A stretch of 64,000 bases of DNA from Desulfurococcales archaeon (GCA_027022365.1 JALVYU010000026.1:1-64000), one strand, 5' to 3'. Shown: positions 1 through 10,450, counted from the stretch's first letter. Notes: a model not told the origin generated them from the sequence alone. Numbers and translations: made by a program.

Positions 1-1126
1 CGTCCCTGTATATTATCTCGCCCATGCTGATAACTGTTTTAGGTTCTAGTCGTTGAAGGCTTGGAGACAAGACTATGTCGGCGAACCGGGCTGGCCCGAC
101 AACTCCAATGTGATCATCGATGTGCAGTCTTATCGCTGGTCCTATTGTTGCGAGTTGTATTGCCTTGACCGGGTCAACCCCTAACTCTACGGCTTCATTA
201 ATTATTCTATCCATATGACCTTTCTCATATAAGTCGATGACGTTTAAGTCGTCCGATACGAATCCACATAGTCTACAGTCGATCTTAGGGTTCTTAATGA
301 CTTCAACAAGAGCCTCAAGATCTTGCCATGCGCTCCCCTGCCTTATGAATAGATACATTCCCTTCCTCAACTTCTCTAGTGCTTCCCGCGGATTAGTCGA
401 TTCATGATCGCTCCATATACTTGCATCGATGTACGCGTCAAGCATTTCTCCGGTCAGTAGTGGAGCGTGTCCATTTATTACTAGGCCGAGATTATGAGCT
501 ATCCTGAGTTTTTCCAGTACATAGTCACTAGCGTTTGTCACACTGACAAAATCCATTACCTCGCCGAGACCATATACGCCTTCGAGCTCGCCTAGCTTAG
601 CGATGTCTTCAGGGCCTATTACCTTGTTTGTCGTTTCGAGGCCGAACGCCGGATCTGTTGCTGGTACACAGCTAGGTATGTCTATTAGGATTTTCATTGG
701 GAGATTCTGCGATTCTTCGATGAACAACTTGACTCCATCCACGCCTAAGACGTTTGCTATCTCGTGGGGATCCGCGACTACTGTTGTAGTACCGTGTTTA
801 AGGGCTAACATCGAGAAACCAGTGGGTGTCAGCAAGCTTGACTCGATATGTATGTGTGCGTCTATGAAACCCGGCATCGCATATTGACCATGACCATCGA
901 TAACCTTTGTTCTTAACCCTATGTATTTCTCCGGATCACCCTCTACTATGGAGGCTATGCGTCTACCGGACACAACTATGCTCATGTTCTCTAGGATCTC
1001 GCCTGTCGTGGTAGCCACGAGATCAACGTTTTTGATAACAAGGGTTGCGGGCTCTATAGCTCTTGCAGTTCGGATAAGTCTTGCTCTCTCCTCTTTCACG
1101 TAGCTGAATATCCGTGGGAGAACCAT
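1..1126 (-). CDS. ade: Adenine deaminase (runs off window start; missing from ORF track)
   Basis: Manual translation from ATG at 1126: MVLPRIFSY...PGFIDAHIHIESS...HGTTTVVADPHEIANVLG...PSCVP...GLGEVMD...GHAP...SDHE...IRQGSA...SDD...GHMD, the full Ade motif set. Confidence 0.93.
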   Translation of the reverse strand, partial: MVLPRIFSYVKEERARLIRTARAIEPATLVIKNVDLVATTTGEILENMSIVVSGRRIASIVEGDPEKYIGLRTKVIDGHGQYAMPGFIDAHIHIESSLLTPTGFSMLALKHGTTTVVADPHEIANVLGVDGVKLFIEESQNLPMKILIDIPSCVPATDPAFGLETTNKVIGPEDIAKLGELEGVYGLGEVMDFVSVTNASDYVLEKLRIAHNLGLVINGHAPLLTGEMLDAYIDASIWSDHESTNPREALEKLRKGMYLFIRQGSAWQDLEALVEVIKNPKIDCRLCGFVSDDLNVIDLYEKGHMDRIINEAVELGVDPVKAIQLATIGPAIRLHIDDHIGVVGPARFADIVLSPSLQRLEPKTVISMGEIIYRD

Positions 1127-1266
1127 TGTTTTATCCCGCCGTGAAGTGTTTTAGAATAATTTTTGTTGTCTTGCTATTAAATATTGACCCGTAAGCGTTC
1201 TCAGTATGATTATTTACTTCTATATACAGAGATTATCTCTAGAGAATACGCGGAGGTCCTATAGTA

Positions 1267-2670
1267 ATGGCTGATATATATGTGCGTGGCGGCTGGATAA
1301 TTACAATGGATTCTAAGAGGAGAATAATCAAGGACGGGGCAATCGCGATCGAGGATGGAGAGATAAGGGCTGTTGGCAAGGCCGAAGAGCTTGACAAGGA
1401 CTATAGATATCACAGTGATGTAGTTATCAACAATAATCCACACGATATCGTGATGCCTGGCCTGATAAATACGCATGTCCATCTAGCTCAAGGCCTACTC
1501 AGAGCATGCGCCGACTACCTACCACTCATTCCATGGCTTAAGGATAGGGTGTGGCCCCTACAGGGCAACTATAGGCCTGAAGAAGCCCTTGCATCGGCTA
1601 AGCTAGTAACCCTGGAAATGATAAAGACCGGTACAACAACCTTCCTCGAGACAGGGCTCGTGGGCAGATATGGCCCTGACAAAATAATCGAGTTCCTCCA
1701 CTCAAGCGGCATACGTGCAGCAGTTGCTAGACACGTTATGGATATGACGGGCTACGCACTCGAAGAAAACATTCTTCACGAGGGACTCGTAGAGCTGGGC
1801 GATAAAAGCTACAAAGACACGATCAGACTATACCACAAGTATCATGGATGGGACAACCGTATATGGATATGGTTCGGGCCAAGAACACCCGGTGCAGTCA
1901 GTGTAGAGCTGTACAGGAAAATGGCTGAGAAAGCTAAGGAGTTGAAGACTGGTATTACTATGCACCTAGCAGAGGTAAAGGCCGACGTCGAGTACACGAT
2001 GACAAAATTCGGTAAGAAGCCAGTAGAGTTCGCGCACTGGGTAGGCCTAACTGGGCCAAACGTAGTGCTAGTACACGTTGTATGGGCTACAGACGAGGAG
2101 ATAAAACTCCTAGCAGAAACCAAGACCACTGTAAGCCACAACCCATGCAGCAACATGAAGCTGGCCAGCGGAGCAGCACGTATAAGCGATATGCTGAAAG
2201 CAGGAGTAAACGTCGCTCTTGGAACAGATGGAGGGCCGAGCAACAACGACTACGACCTACTACGAGAAATGAAGCATGCCGCGCTCCTCCAGCCGCTAAG
2301 AACGCTCGATGCCAAGGTAATACGTGTCGAACAAGTCCTTGAGATGGCGACAATTAATGGTGCGAAGGCATTAATGATAGATCATATGGTCGGAAGCATC
2401 GAGCCCGGTAAGCGCGCCGATATCATTGTCGTTGACTTCAATAAGCCTCATCTAAAACCATTCAATAACCCATTATCACATCTAGTCTATAGCGCTACAG
2501 GCTATGATGTAAAGCACAGCATAATAGATGGCAAATTAGTAATGTTCAACGGCAAAGTATTGACTCTCGACGAAGAAGATATTCTGAAAGAAGCCGACAA
2601 AGCAGCTTACAGCCTCTACGAGAGAGCGGGTCTCTGCAAAGAGCCCGAGACCATCTGGCCTATTGAGTAA
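1267..2670 (+). CDS. Amidohydrolase, SsnA/MtaD-like nucleobase or nucleoside deaminase family
   Basis: PGLINTHVH, HLAE, LVHVVW, SHNPCSN, LGTDG, GSIEPGKRAD motifs; GGAGG RBS. Confidence 0.88.
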   Translation: MADIYVRGGWIITMDSKRRIIKDGAIAIEDGEIRAVGKAEELDKDYRYHSDVVINNNPHDIVMPGLINTHVHLAQGLLRACADYLPLIPWLKDRVWPLQGNYRPEEALASAKLVTLEMIKTGTTTFLETGLVGRYGPDKIIEFLHSSGIRAAVARHVMDMTGYALEENILHEGLVELGDKSYKDTIRLYHKYHGWDNRIWIWFGPRTPGAVSVELYRKMAEKAKELKTGITMHLAEVKADVEYTMTKFGKKPVEFAHWVGLTGPNVVLVHVVWATDEEIKLLAETKTTVSHNPCSNMKLASGAARISDMLKAGVNVALGTDGGPSNNDYDLLREMKHAALLQPLRTLDAKVIRVEQVLEMATINGAKALMIDHMVGSIEPGKRADIIVVDFNKPHLKPFNNPLSHLVYSATGYDVKHSIIDGKLVMFNGKVLTLDEEDILKEADKAAYSLYERAGLCKEPETIWPIE

Positions 2671-2843
2671 ATACTAGGTAATAAGCAAACCCTATACTTT
2701 TTCTTCTTTCATCCCTTCTGCTCATAATCCTGCATTATCCGTATTGATTTTCGGATACAGGTGTAATACTGAGAAATAAACTCATTAATTCTATCATCCT
2801 AATAGAAATATACGAGAGAAAAACTATGGGAGGAGTGAACTAT

Positions 2844-3899
2844 ATGAGACATCTAGTCCGTGATCTGAGTGGTAAAGACCTAATATCCACACTTGACTGG
2901 ACCGACGAGCAACTCGAGATCGCCCTCCGACTAGCTGAAGAGCTGAAATGGACAGCCCATTACTACGGCGTCGAGAAGATACCGCCTATCCTACAGAGAA
3001 AAGTGTTCTTCATGCTGTTCTTCGCACCATCAACTAGAACAAGAGCTGCATTCGAGGCAGCAATGGCTTATCTAGGCGGACACGCAGCCTACATCGAGGC
3101 AAAGACCACTAGAATGGCTTGGGGCAAGGAGGAGAAAGTAGGTGAAGCCGTTAAAGACGTAGCAGCAATGTACGACAGGTATGGCCATGGAATCGGTGTC
3201 AGAATCCTAGACAAGGCTATCGACTACATATACGGTAGAGGAAACTCCTACATTAGAGAGATCGCTAAGGCCGCGAACGTTCCAGTCATCAATATGGCCG
3301 ACGACATGTTCCACCCAACACAAGGACTAGCAGACATCTACACATTCAGAGAAAGATTCGGTAAGACTGAGGGCAAGAAATACGTCATCATGTGGGCCTA
3401 TAGTCCTGAGATCCGTGGATGGTGCAGCGTACAGGAAGACATGATACTATTCCCGAGATTCGGTGTTGATGTCGTCATCGCAAGGCCTCCGGGATTCGAT
3501 CTAGACCCCAAGCTGGTGGAGAAAGCCAAAGAGCTAGCAAAGGAGCATGGCGCGAGCCTAGAGATAACGGACAACTACAAGGAAGCACTTGAGGGAGCAC
3601 ACGCAGTATTCCCGAGGAACTGGGCTTCACCAAAACTCGTGGAACTAGGCTACAGCAAGTTCAAGGACGAAGAGTTAAAGATCTACGAGAAATACAAGGA
3701 CTGGAAAGTAACCAAGGAGCTCTTCGACATAATGGCCAAGGACGCAGTCCTAATGCACGTAATGCCTATCATGAGGAACTATGAAGCCGACGACGAGATC
3801 ATCGACGACCCCAAGAGATCAGTCCTATACGAGCAGGCAGAAAATGGTCTATGGACGAAGGCAGCGGTCTTAGCACTAACCATGTATGGAGTAAAGTAA
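2844..3899 (+). CDS. Transcarbamylase of the YgeW-like subfamily (ORF track start 2826; RBS favours 2844)
   Basis: STRT and HPTQ carbamoyl-phosphate motifs; WAYSP loop typical of YgeW; FPRNW and HVMP in place of the OTC DxWxSMG and HCLP motifs. Confidence 0.8.
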   Translation: MRHLVRDLSGKDLISTLDWTDEQLEIALRLAEELKWTAHYYGVEKIPPILQRKVFFMLFFAPSTRTRAAFEAAMAYLGGHAAYIEAKTTRMAWGKEEKVGEAVKDVAAMYDRYGHGIGVRILDKAIDYIYGRGNSYIREIAKAANVPVINMADDMFHPTQGLADIYTFRERFGKTEGKKYVIMWAYSPEIRGWCSVQEDMILFPRFGVDVVIARPPGFDLDPKLVEKAKELAKEHGASLEITDNYKEALEGAHAVFPRNWASPKLVELGYSKFKDEELKIYEKYKDWKVTKELFDIMAKDAVLMHVMPIMRNYEADDEIIDDPKRSVLYEQAENGLWTKAAVLALTMYGVK

Positions 3900-3928
3900 T
3901 ACGGTTCACACCCTATCTAAAAACATCA

Positions 3929-3952
3929 TCTTTTTCCTCTCTCCTCTTCTCT
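3929..3952 (+). terminator. Pyrimidine-rich archaeal terminator tract
   Basis: ctttttcctctctcctcttctct just after the transcarbamylase stop, facing a convergent gene. Confidence 0.45.
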
Positions 3953-3985
3953 ACAAAAATCATCTTACCGAGAACAACTATGGCT

Positions 3986-5089
3986 TTAGAATATTCTTCC
4001 CTTATCGAGTTCTGATAATAGATCATCAAACAACATCTTGCCGAATCCAACCATATAGTCGCCAGCACCATATGTTAGGAGTATATGGTCGTCAATCTTC
4101 CATGCTCCGCACGGGAATATAGTGTATGGTCTATCACCGAATATCTCGTAGGGCTGCTTGGGCTCCATTATATAGTTGGGTGTCACCGCATTAACAACCA
4201 CGTTATCCCTGTGGAACTCTAGCTCGACAGCGAATAAACGATAAACTTTGACATCTTTGTCAACGCCATGTAGAAACACAATGATCTTGTTAGAACCTAT
4301 GTTGATAGGGGGTGTTGACCATCCAACCTTATCTTCAAAGACCGGGGGCCTCATGACTTCGATATTATCTATTATCTCTATTTCTGTGATACCATCACTG
4401 CCTTTCCACTTGTTGCCCTCACTACCTATGGCTAGATAGAATTTTTCATCGCTCATATGTGGCCTGTGAAAGAAGTATCTCCTACCATTTATTTCCCAAA
4501 GGAACGCATCCTTGTTACTCACCATGTTGGATCTCAGTTCCTCGGGAAGATGATGCACATAAATTTTTCTCCAATGGCTCGCATCATTACGTCCCTCCAT
4601 AATAGCTGTAACAGGCAGTGTTCTCTCGATCCTTATTGAGGAGTTGAAGTAGTTGATTGTTCTCCCCGTGTACGTCATATAGACTTTGTCTCCAAGCTTA
4701 TATGTACGCGGATCCTCTGTACCCCATAGATCGTATCTTGTGGATGGATAGACAACTAGGCGTGCTGGGTAATAATTGAGATTAAGATTACCCGACTCAA
4801 TATCTTCTAATGGGATCGGTATCTCCACTATTGCTGAAACATACATGTAGTAACCAACGATTATTCTTGCATAAAGATATGCTGTGCCTCCATCAATAAC
4901 TAATGATGGGTTAAATAATGCTGAGGGATTGCTTATGGGGTAGTTATGGATGAATATTCTATTGGGAGATAACACTCCTATTCGATGAACGATGTCGTTG
5001 GTCTTCATTTTTCTGAGGCGGGGAACTTCTTCAAATCCTTCCGCTTTGCGGAACATGTGCTGGTATAAGTACTCAGAACGTAGTGTCAA
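3986..5089 (-). CDS. GH130 family glycoside phosphorylase/hydrolase
   Basis: LFNP, GTEDPR, NKDAFL, HRP, IFPCG, YGAGD motifs. Confidence 0.85.
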   Translation of the reverse strand: MTLRSEYLYQHMFRKAEGFEEVPRLRKMKTNDIVHRIGVLSPNRIFIHNYPISNPSALFNPSLVIDGGTAYLYARIIVGYYMYVSAIVEIPIPLEDIESGNLNLNYYPARLVVYPSTRYDLWGTEDPRTYKLGDKVYMTYTGRTINYFNSSIRIERTLPVTAIMEGRNDASHWRKIYVHHLPEELRSNMVSNKDAFLWEINGRRYFFHRPHMSDEKFYLAIGSEGNKWKGSDGITEIEIIDNIEVMRPPVFEDKVGWSTPPINIGSNKIIVFLHGVDKDVKVYRLFAVELEFHRDNVVVNAVTPNYIMEPKQPYEIFGDRPYTIFPCGAWKIDDHILLTYGAGDYMVGFGKMLFDDLLSELDKGRIF

Positions 5090-5212
5090 AGCTGAGGCCT
5101 AGCCTCCTTCCTATCTATAAATGCAGATGGAGTAATGGTTGGTTATTAAACCTTTGCTCCATATAGAGTGTTATACATATATAGAAACGGAATAGAGATA
5201 CATGAAATATCA

Positions 5213-5593
5213 TTATTCTAGATATTCCTTCATATCTACTTCCTTTCCGTGCTTAACAAACTTGATCCGTAGATCAGGTTTCACAGGGATGCCAAGCCTG
5301 TTCAGCAGAACTAGGGTGGTATAGCCATCAAGTTCTTTCAACTGCCCCTGCTGGATTAGGTATGCTAGAACGCGGATAGCGTACTCGTATCTTCCAGGAT
5401 ATAAGGCCTTGGCTTTGCGTATTAGCTCCTCCGCTTTCTCGTCTGATAACCGGCTCCATACAAGCTTCTCTGGATCAATCTGCTCATTCTTCTCGGACTG
5501 CTTGCTTTTCGCCATTGACGACATCATTTTCTTTAAAAGCTTAAGCTTAATGGATTCCGGTAGCTCATCGGCCACTGCCCTACACCTCCCCAT
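5213..5593 (-). CDS. PDCD5-like double-stranded DNA-binding protein (probable start GTG 5575)
   Basis: LSDEKAEELI...LAYLIQQGQLKELDGYTTLVLL...RIKFV pattern of the archaeal PDCD5 family. Confidence 0.6.
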   Translation of the reverse strand: MGRCRAVADELPESIKLKLLKKMMSSMAKSKQSEKNEQIDPEKLVWSRLSDEKAEELIRKAKALYPGRYEYAIRVLAYLIQQGQLKELDGYTTLVLLNRLGIPVKPDLRIKFVKHGKEVDMKEYLE

Positions 5594-5653
5594 GCCTATT
5601 TCAATCAGTATAATATGGTATCCCCTTATGAATTAATCTACGGAACTTAATGA

Positions 5654-6238
5654 TTAATGTGCGAAAGCCATTATTCCCTCACGGATCAATGCTATGGAGT
5701 ACGCGGCCAATAATATTGCCAGAACCTTACTGAGAACCATACTACCATGACGCCCCAACATGGATAGTAGTCTGCCACCGTTCTCCAGGAGTATCCAGGC
5801 TATAACCATGTTAATTGCGAGACTTGCTAATGCTATGAGGAAACCCATCGCGTACTTGATGTAGATAACGACGGTTATGGCTCCTGGCCCAGCAAGTAAC
5901 GGTGTTGCTAATGGAACTACCGCAAGGTCATCACTCGATACTTCCTCTGCTTCGGTATGACCCAGAATTCCGAGCACTGCATAAATGAAAAGTATGGAGC
6001 CTCCAGCTATCTTGAAGTCATCAACCGTTATTCCAAGATATTTGAGAACTAGATCTCCGGCTAGAATAAAGAAGAACAAAATACCTGTTGCAACGAGTAT
6101 GCTTTTCCTAATAGTCCGTATCCTCCTATCTAGCTCTAGATCCTTTGTGAAGAAGTAAAATAGCGGTGCATTGCCGGGAGCATCGATAACGACGAATAGC
6201 ATAAATGTGGCAGTAATTAGTTCTTCTAAACTCATCAT
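5654..6238 (-). CDS. MarC family membrane protein
   Basis: FVVIDAPGN, FKIAGG, VVPLATPLLAGPGAI motifs; about 6 TM segments. Confidence 0.92.
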   Translation of the reverse strand: MMSLEELITATFMLFVVIDAPGNAPLFYFFTKDLELDRRIRTIRKSILVATGILFFFILAGDLVLKYLGITVDDFKIAGGSILFIYAVLGILGHTEAEEVSSDDLAVVPLATPLLAGPGAITVVIYIKYAMGFLIALASLAINMVIAWILLENGGRLLSMLGRHGSMVLSKVLAILLAAYSIALIREGIMAFAH

Positions 6239-6267
6239 TGTTTCACCATTTTTATTCCCTCATTGTT

Positions 6268-7215
6268 TCACTTGTAGATCGTGTATGGATTGTTGTAGTT
6301 GCTTATTAACAATGTTGCTAATACAGCGACTATAATGTCCGCTGTTGATCCGGGACATATTTTTTCGCAGGCGAAGATCTGATCAAGCTTTGATACCTCT
6401 TTAACCCAATTATTACTATTAATTCTTACTATTTTTTCAAGTGTTCTTGACGCCGTCTTGGATGCTTTCAACGCAACATCGAGTCCTCTTGATCTAAGAA
6501 CCATTGTATCAATATTGTTTGACAGAATATAGAGATAGGTTTCCGAGATAGCGCGTCTAAAATCCTTATGTACGCTTAATCTGTGCTTAAAATATTCCAC
6601 AGACTTGCTAGTGATACCATATGATACTGCTTCACAAGCCACTATGTCTCTACTACACGTCTTCTCGAGAATGTATCCGAGGCCCTCACCTCTCAACAAT
6701 AATTTACTCTTATATTTTGGATCCCAGACGTTTACTTGTTCTCCAACATCATCTGTTTTCCTAATATATCCAGGCGATGCTAGTCTGACTGCTCTGTAGA
6801 ATTCTATTGCGTCATATACTGTTGAACTCATAACGGTTTCTCGTGCGATCCTGAGTATAGTATAATGTTCACCTAGATCTTTCCTCAAGCGGAGCATCCT
6901 ACCAGCTGAGTAAGCTATAGGCATGACTAGAAGTAGCGAGCCCAGACAAGTATTTGTTCCAGTCGTATCAATTACTGCACTGAGTGCTTTTCTCAGAAGA
7001 TCAGCAAAAACAGCACGTGTCCTCCATCGATAGAAACCCCTTTTAACACTCTTGGAAATATATGGTTGTATAATGGTTGATGTTAGTACGAAATCTTCAT
7101 ACGTCATATTATTACGCATACTAACATATGGATGTACATTGCCTGGTTTTAGTGCAAGAGGCTCAAGGGCGAATGCAGCGGATAATAGAGAGCTTACCTT
7201 ATCGAGTACTTTCAA
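6268..7215 (-). CDS. citG: CitG family (triphosphoribosyl-dephospho-CoA synthase-like) protein
   Basis: KPGNVH, TNTCLGSLLL, DT..LR..G, CPGSTAD motifs. Confidence 0.75.
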   Translation of the reverse strand: MKVLDKVSSLLSAAFALEPLALKPGNVHPYVSMRNNMTYEDFVLTSTIIQPYISKSVKRGFYRWRTRAVFADLLRKALSAVIDTTGTNTCLGSLLLVMPIAYSAGRMLRLRKDLGEHYTILRIARETVMSSTVYDAIEFYRAVRLASPGYIRKTDDVGEQVNVWDPKYKSKLLLRGEGLGYILEKTCSRDIVACEAVSYGITSKSVEYFKHRLSVHKDFRRAISETYLYILSNNIDTMVLRSRGLDVALKASKTASRTLEKIVRINSNNWVKEVSKLDQIFACEKICPGSTADIIVAVLATLLISNYNNPYTIYK

Positions 7216-7931
7216 AGCAGTATCGCCAGTTCAGGGTTTTCAAGCACTATGCTCTCGTCTCTAGCATTGTAGTACATCGATACGCCAGCTATTAATCCTC
7301 CGAGCCTCCGTATCTCTTTGAGAAGAGCCCTGAGCGATGGATCTATATCATCGTTAGGTGTAAAAAACTTGGTTTCCGGAATACCTGCAATAAATAATAC
7401 TCCGGCGCCGATCCCTTTCTTAATCAGCATAATTATTTCTTTTAAGTGTCTTCTTCCACGCATTGTCGGTGCATCCGGAAAGGTGGCTGTAAACTTGTCT
7501 TTGCGTTGAACGGCGCTCTTTATTTCTAGGAAAAACTCCTTATCAATGCAGGCGAGTTTGTAGTCCAGCACGCTTTCTCCAATTCTAGGATTACGTCTAA
7601 GGATCACGCATTTTCTGAAAATAGGAATGAGTCCTTGCTTTACAGCGTTTTCAAACCCCTTCATCTGTTCTCTTGTGTCTATGAGCGCATACCTATGATC
7701 CATAACACTCGGATCCTGTACGGCTATTAACCTGTACTGTGTCTTACCACCGTATTTCTCTGTACATCTGGCCAGAGCCCCCTTTCTGATAAAATCCTTT
7801 AGTCTACCTGTATTGTTGGTGTGCGCTAAGGCCTCTTGCCCATTTACCTTGATCCTGACTACGAATCTATTTAGTCTATTAATTACAACACACTCGATCG
7901 TTGGTAGAAAATATAGGGTTGAAGAGCGCAA
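7212..7931 (-). CDS. sfsA: SfsA DNA/RNA nuclease (sugar fermentation stimulation protein)
   Basis: RLNRF, HTNNTGRL, LDY, EIKS, FPDAPTMRGRRHL, DIDP. Confidence 0.92.
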   Translation of the reverse strand: MRSSTLYFLPTIECVVINRLNRFVVRIKVNGQEALAHTNNTGRLKDFIRKGALARCTEKYGGKTQYRLIAVQDPSVMDHRYALIDTREQMKGFENAVKQGLIPIFRKCVILRRNPRIGESVLDYKLACIDKEFFLEIKSAVQRKDKFTATFPDAPTMRGRRHLKEIIMLIKKGIGAGVLFIAGIPETKFFTPNDDIDPSLRALLKEIRRLGGLIAGVSMYYNARDESIVLENPELAILL

Positions 7932-7966
7932 AAGGATCAGCCGAGTAAGCGGGTTAAGCGGAAAAA

Positions 7967-8560
7967 TTAGGTCTGTTTTAAGCCCTCCTCATACCCTGCC
8001 TCGAACGCCTTCTTGTTAAGCTCTACGGCCTTGCCTTTGAACACCTTCTCTATTGCTTGTAGGAAGTGTTTTTTATCGAACAGTCTCTTCAGCCCCTCGT
8101 CAACCGCGTAGGCAAATCCTAGCATAACCATGTTCGCTGATATGACCGAGCCTACCACATCCTCGGATATCCTATTAGCGTCGATCATGTAAAGCTTTAC
8201 CCCAGTTTCTTTTATTTTGCCGATAACCTGCTCTAGGTCAGGATAGTCGACTAGAGGCGGTGGCCATAAGAACTTATTCATAGCTACCCTAGTGTTAGGA
8301 TTGGCATAGATTATCCTGCGCGCCGTCTCCAATACTTCCATTCCTATTACTAGGTCCGCAGCACCTCTGGGAATAAGGGGTGATTCTCCCTCACCAAGCC
8401 TTATCTGAACTATGAGGCTACCACCTCTCTGGGACAGGCCATGGGTCTCAGCTATTGTTGCATCTATACCCGCCAATATAGCCGCATTTCCAACTACTCT
8501 TCCTAAGGTTAGGAGACCCTGTCCTCCAACCCCCGTTACAAGTATATTATACCTGGCCAT
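7967..8560 (-). CDS. iorB: Indolepyruvate:ferredoxin oxidoreductase beta subunit
   Basis: GVGGQG, ETHGLSQRGGS, NMVMLG, LNKKAF; follows iorA. Confidence 0.93.
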   Translation of the reverse strand: MARYNILVTGVGGQGLLTLGRVVGNAAILAGIDATIAETHGLSQRGGSLIVQIRLGEGESPLIPRGAADLVIGMEVLETARRIIYANPNTRVAMNKFLWPPPLVDYPDLEQVIGKIKETGVKLYMIDANRISEDVVGSVISANMVMLGFAYAVDEGLKRLFDKKHFLQAIEKVFKGKAVELNKKAFEAGYEEGLKQT

Positions 8561-8575
8561 CAGGTTTCACCCCCA

Positions 8576-10450
8576 TTATTTCCAGGCTTCTAGCCAGTTG
8601 GGTGATCCTTCTTTAAATATCTCAATTGCATTGAATGGACATACCTGTGCACATAATCCACACCCTACACATAGTTCAGTCAGGATCTTCGGTTTCTTGG
8701 CTCCTTTCGGCACTACTATGGCTGGGCATGCAAGCAGTTTGACACAGACCATACATCCCGTACACTTGTCCTCCACTATGTGGTAGACTGGTAGTCTGAT
8801 CCCTTCTTTCCTCGCCTTGCGTACTGCCTGTAGTGCACACTTCATTCTTGATACTATTGCTACCTGTTCTCCATCCTTGTACTTCTTAAGGGCCTCGGCA
8901 ACTATGTTTATTGATTCCTTCACGTTCATTGGGTTGATGACGTATGTCTTGTACCCCATGGTCTCCAATAGCTTCTCTATAGGCACTCTCACAGCTGGCT
9001 CACCCATAGCGGTTAGCCCTGTCCCGGGGTGTGGCTGGTGACCTGTCATCGCCGTATATTGATTGTCTAAGACGAGAACAACTGCGTGTCCCTTGTTGTA
9101 GACAATGTTGATGCTCGGCGGTAACCCGGCGTGATAGAACGTAGAGTCTCCTATGACTGCTATCACGGGCTCGTCAACCACCTTGCTCAAACCATGCGCT
9201 ACACCGATGCTTCCGCCCATCTCGAGGCTGGTCATCTGGGTATAGAATGGCGGCTCATAACCCAGAGTATAGCATCCTATGTCGCCGGTGAATATCGGGT
9301 CTTTTAATCCGGCCTTGTTAGCCGCTGTCTTTACGATGTAGTAGGTGTTCCTATGCGGACATCCAGCGCACATTACCGGAGGTCTCGCTGGTATCGGTGG
9401 CTCCAGCTTCAATGGCTCTAATGGTTTCCACGGCATTATTGGTTCTCTTCCCTCGAATGACAGTATTGATCTCGCGACGCTATCTAGGTCTAGCTCACCG
9501 TTTATAGGCACAATGTCTTTTCCACAAATCTTTGTTGTTACCCCGTTGTCATAGGCTATCTTCTTTATCTGCATCTCGAGGACAGGATCTAGTTCTTCAA
9601 CCACTAGGACTTCTTGTGCCTCTTTTAGAACCCTTAGGATAGGCTTATACGGTAATGGCACTGGAAGACTTACCTTGACAACAGTGTATTCATCCTTCTT
9701 TCCGAGGAGCTCGAGAGCCTCCATTACATGGCTGTAGGCGATGCCACTTGCTATTATTGCTTTCTTCATCCCCGGATTAATTATCCGTATGAACGGCTCC
9801 ACACCTTCATCTTCGGCTACCTTCCTCCATACCTCCATCATTCTCTTCTTTTGCTTCCTACCATGCGCTGGCACTAATACCCATCGCTCAATGTCTCTGT
9901 CAAATCTCCCCTTACACTTTTTCTCCACGGGAATGTCTTGCTCGAATATCACGGGCTGCCTTGTATGGCTAATACGGGTAGTTGATCTGAATAGTACTGG
10001 GTGTTTGTATTTCTCGCTGAGCATATAGGCGGCTTTAATGAGCTTATAGGCGTCCCTAGGGCTTGATGGCTCGACAACTGGTATATGGGCGTGCATCCCG
10101 TACCATCGGTTGTCCTGCTCGTTCTGACTGCTATGCTGTCCAGGATCATCGGCCGACACTATTACGAAGCCGGCATTCACGCCGGCATAAGCACTGCTCA
10201 TAAGGATATCGGCTGCAACGTTTACTCCAACATGTTTCATTGTCGTTAAGCTTTTGACGTAGCTCATAGCCGCCGCGTAGGCGGCCTCGAACGCTACCTT
10301 CTCGTTCGTGCTCCACTCAACATATATGCCAGCATCCTTCGCCACGGAGGCTAGTGCTTCCATTATCTCGGTACTTGGTGTCCCGGGATATGCCGCGGCG
10401 AAACATATGCCTGCCTCGAGAGCTCCACGAGCTATTGCTTCGTTACCCAT
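8576..10450 (-). CDS. iorA: Indolepyruvate:ferredoxin oxidoreductase alpha subunit (reading frame extends upstream to about 10498)
   Basis: GNEAIARG, YPGTPSTE, MKHVG, SSQNEQD, CAGCPH, GDIGC, GDSTF, C-terminal 2x[4Fe-4S] ferredoxin. Confidence 0.95.
   Translation of the reverse strand: MGNEAIARGALEAGICFAAAYPGTPSTEIMEALASVAKDAGIYVEWSTNEKVAFEAAYAAAMSYVKSLTTMKHVGVNVAADILMSSAYAGVNAGFVIVSADDPGQHSSQNEQDNRWYGMHAHIPVVEPSSPRDAYKLIKAAYMLSEKYKHPVLFRSTTRISHTRQPVIFEQDIPVEKKCKGRFDRDIERWVLVPAHGRKQKKRMMEVWRKVAEDEGVEPFIRIINPGMKKAIIASGIAYSHVMEALELLGKKDEYTVVKVSLPVPLPYKPILRVLKEAQEVLVVEELDPVLEMQIKKIAYDNGVTTKICGKDIVPINGELDLDSVARSILSFEGREPIMPWKPLEPLKLEPPIPARPPVMCAGCPHRNTYYIVKTAANKAGLKDPIFTGDIGCYTLGYEPPFYTQMTSLEMGGSIGVAHGLSKVVDEPVIAVIGDSTFYHAGLPPSINIVYNKGHAVVLVLDNQYTAMTGHQPHPGTGLTAMGEPAVRVPIEKLLETMGYKTYVINPMNVKESINIVAEALKKYKDGEQVAIVSRMKCALQAVRKARKEGIRLPVYHIVEDKCTGCMVCVKLLACPAIVVPKGAKKPKILTELCVGCGLCAQVCPFNAIEIFKEGSPNWLEAWK

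Noticed and set aside
7925-7996. AUGAGGA...CUGA on the minus strand at the iorB/sfsA junction
   Set aside because: No C' box, interrupted by a T-tract, and mostly coding sequence.
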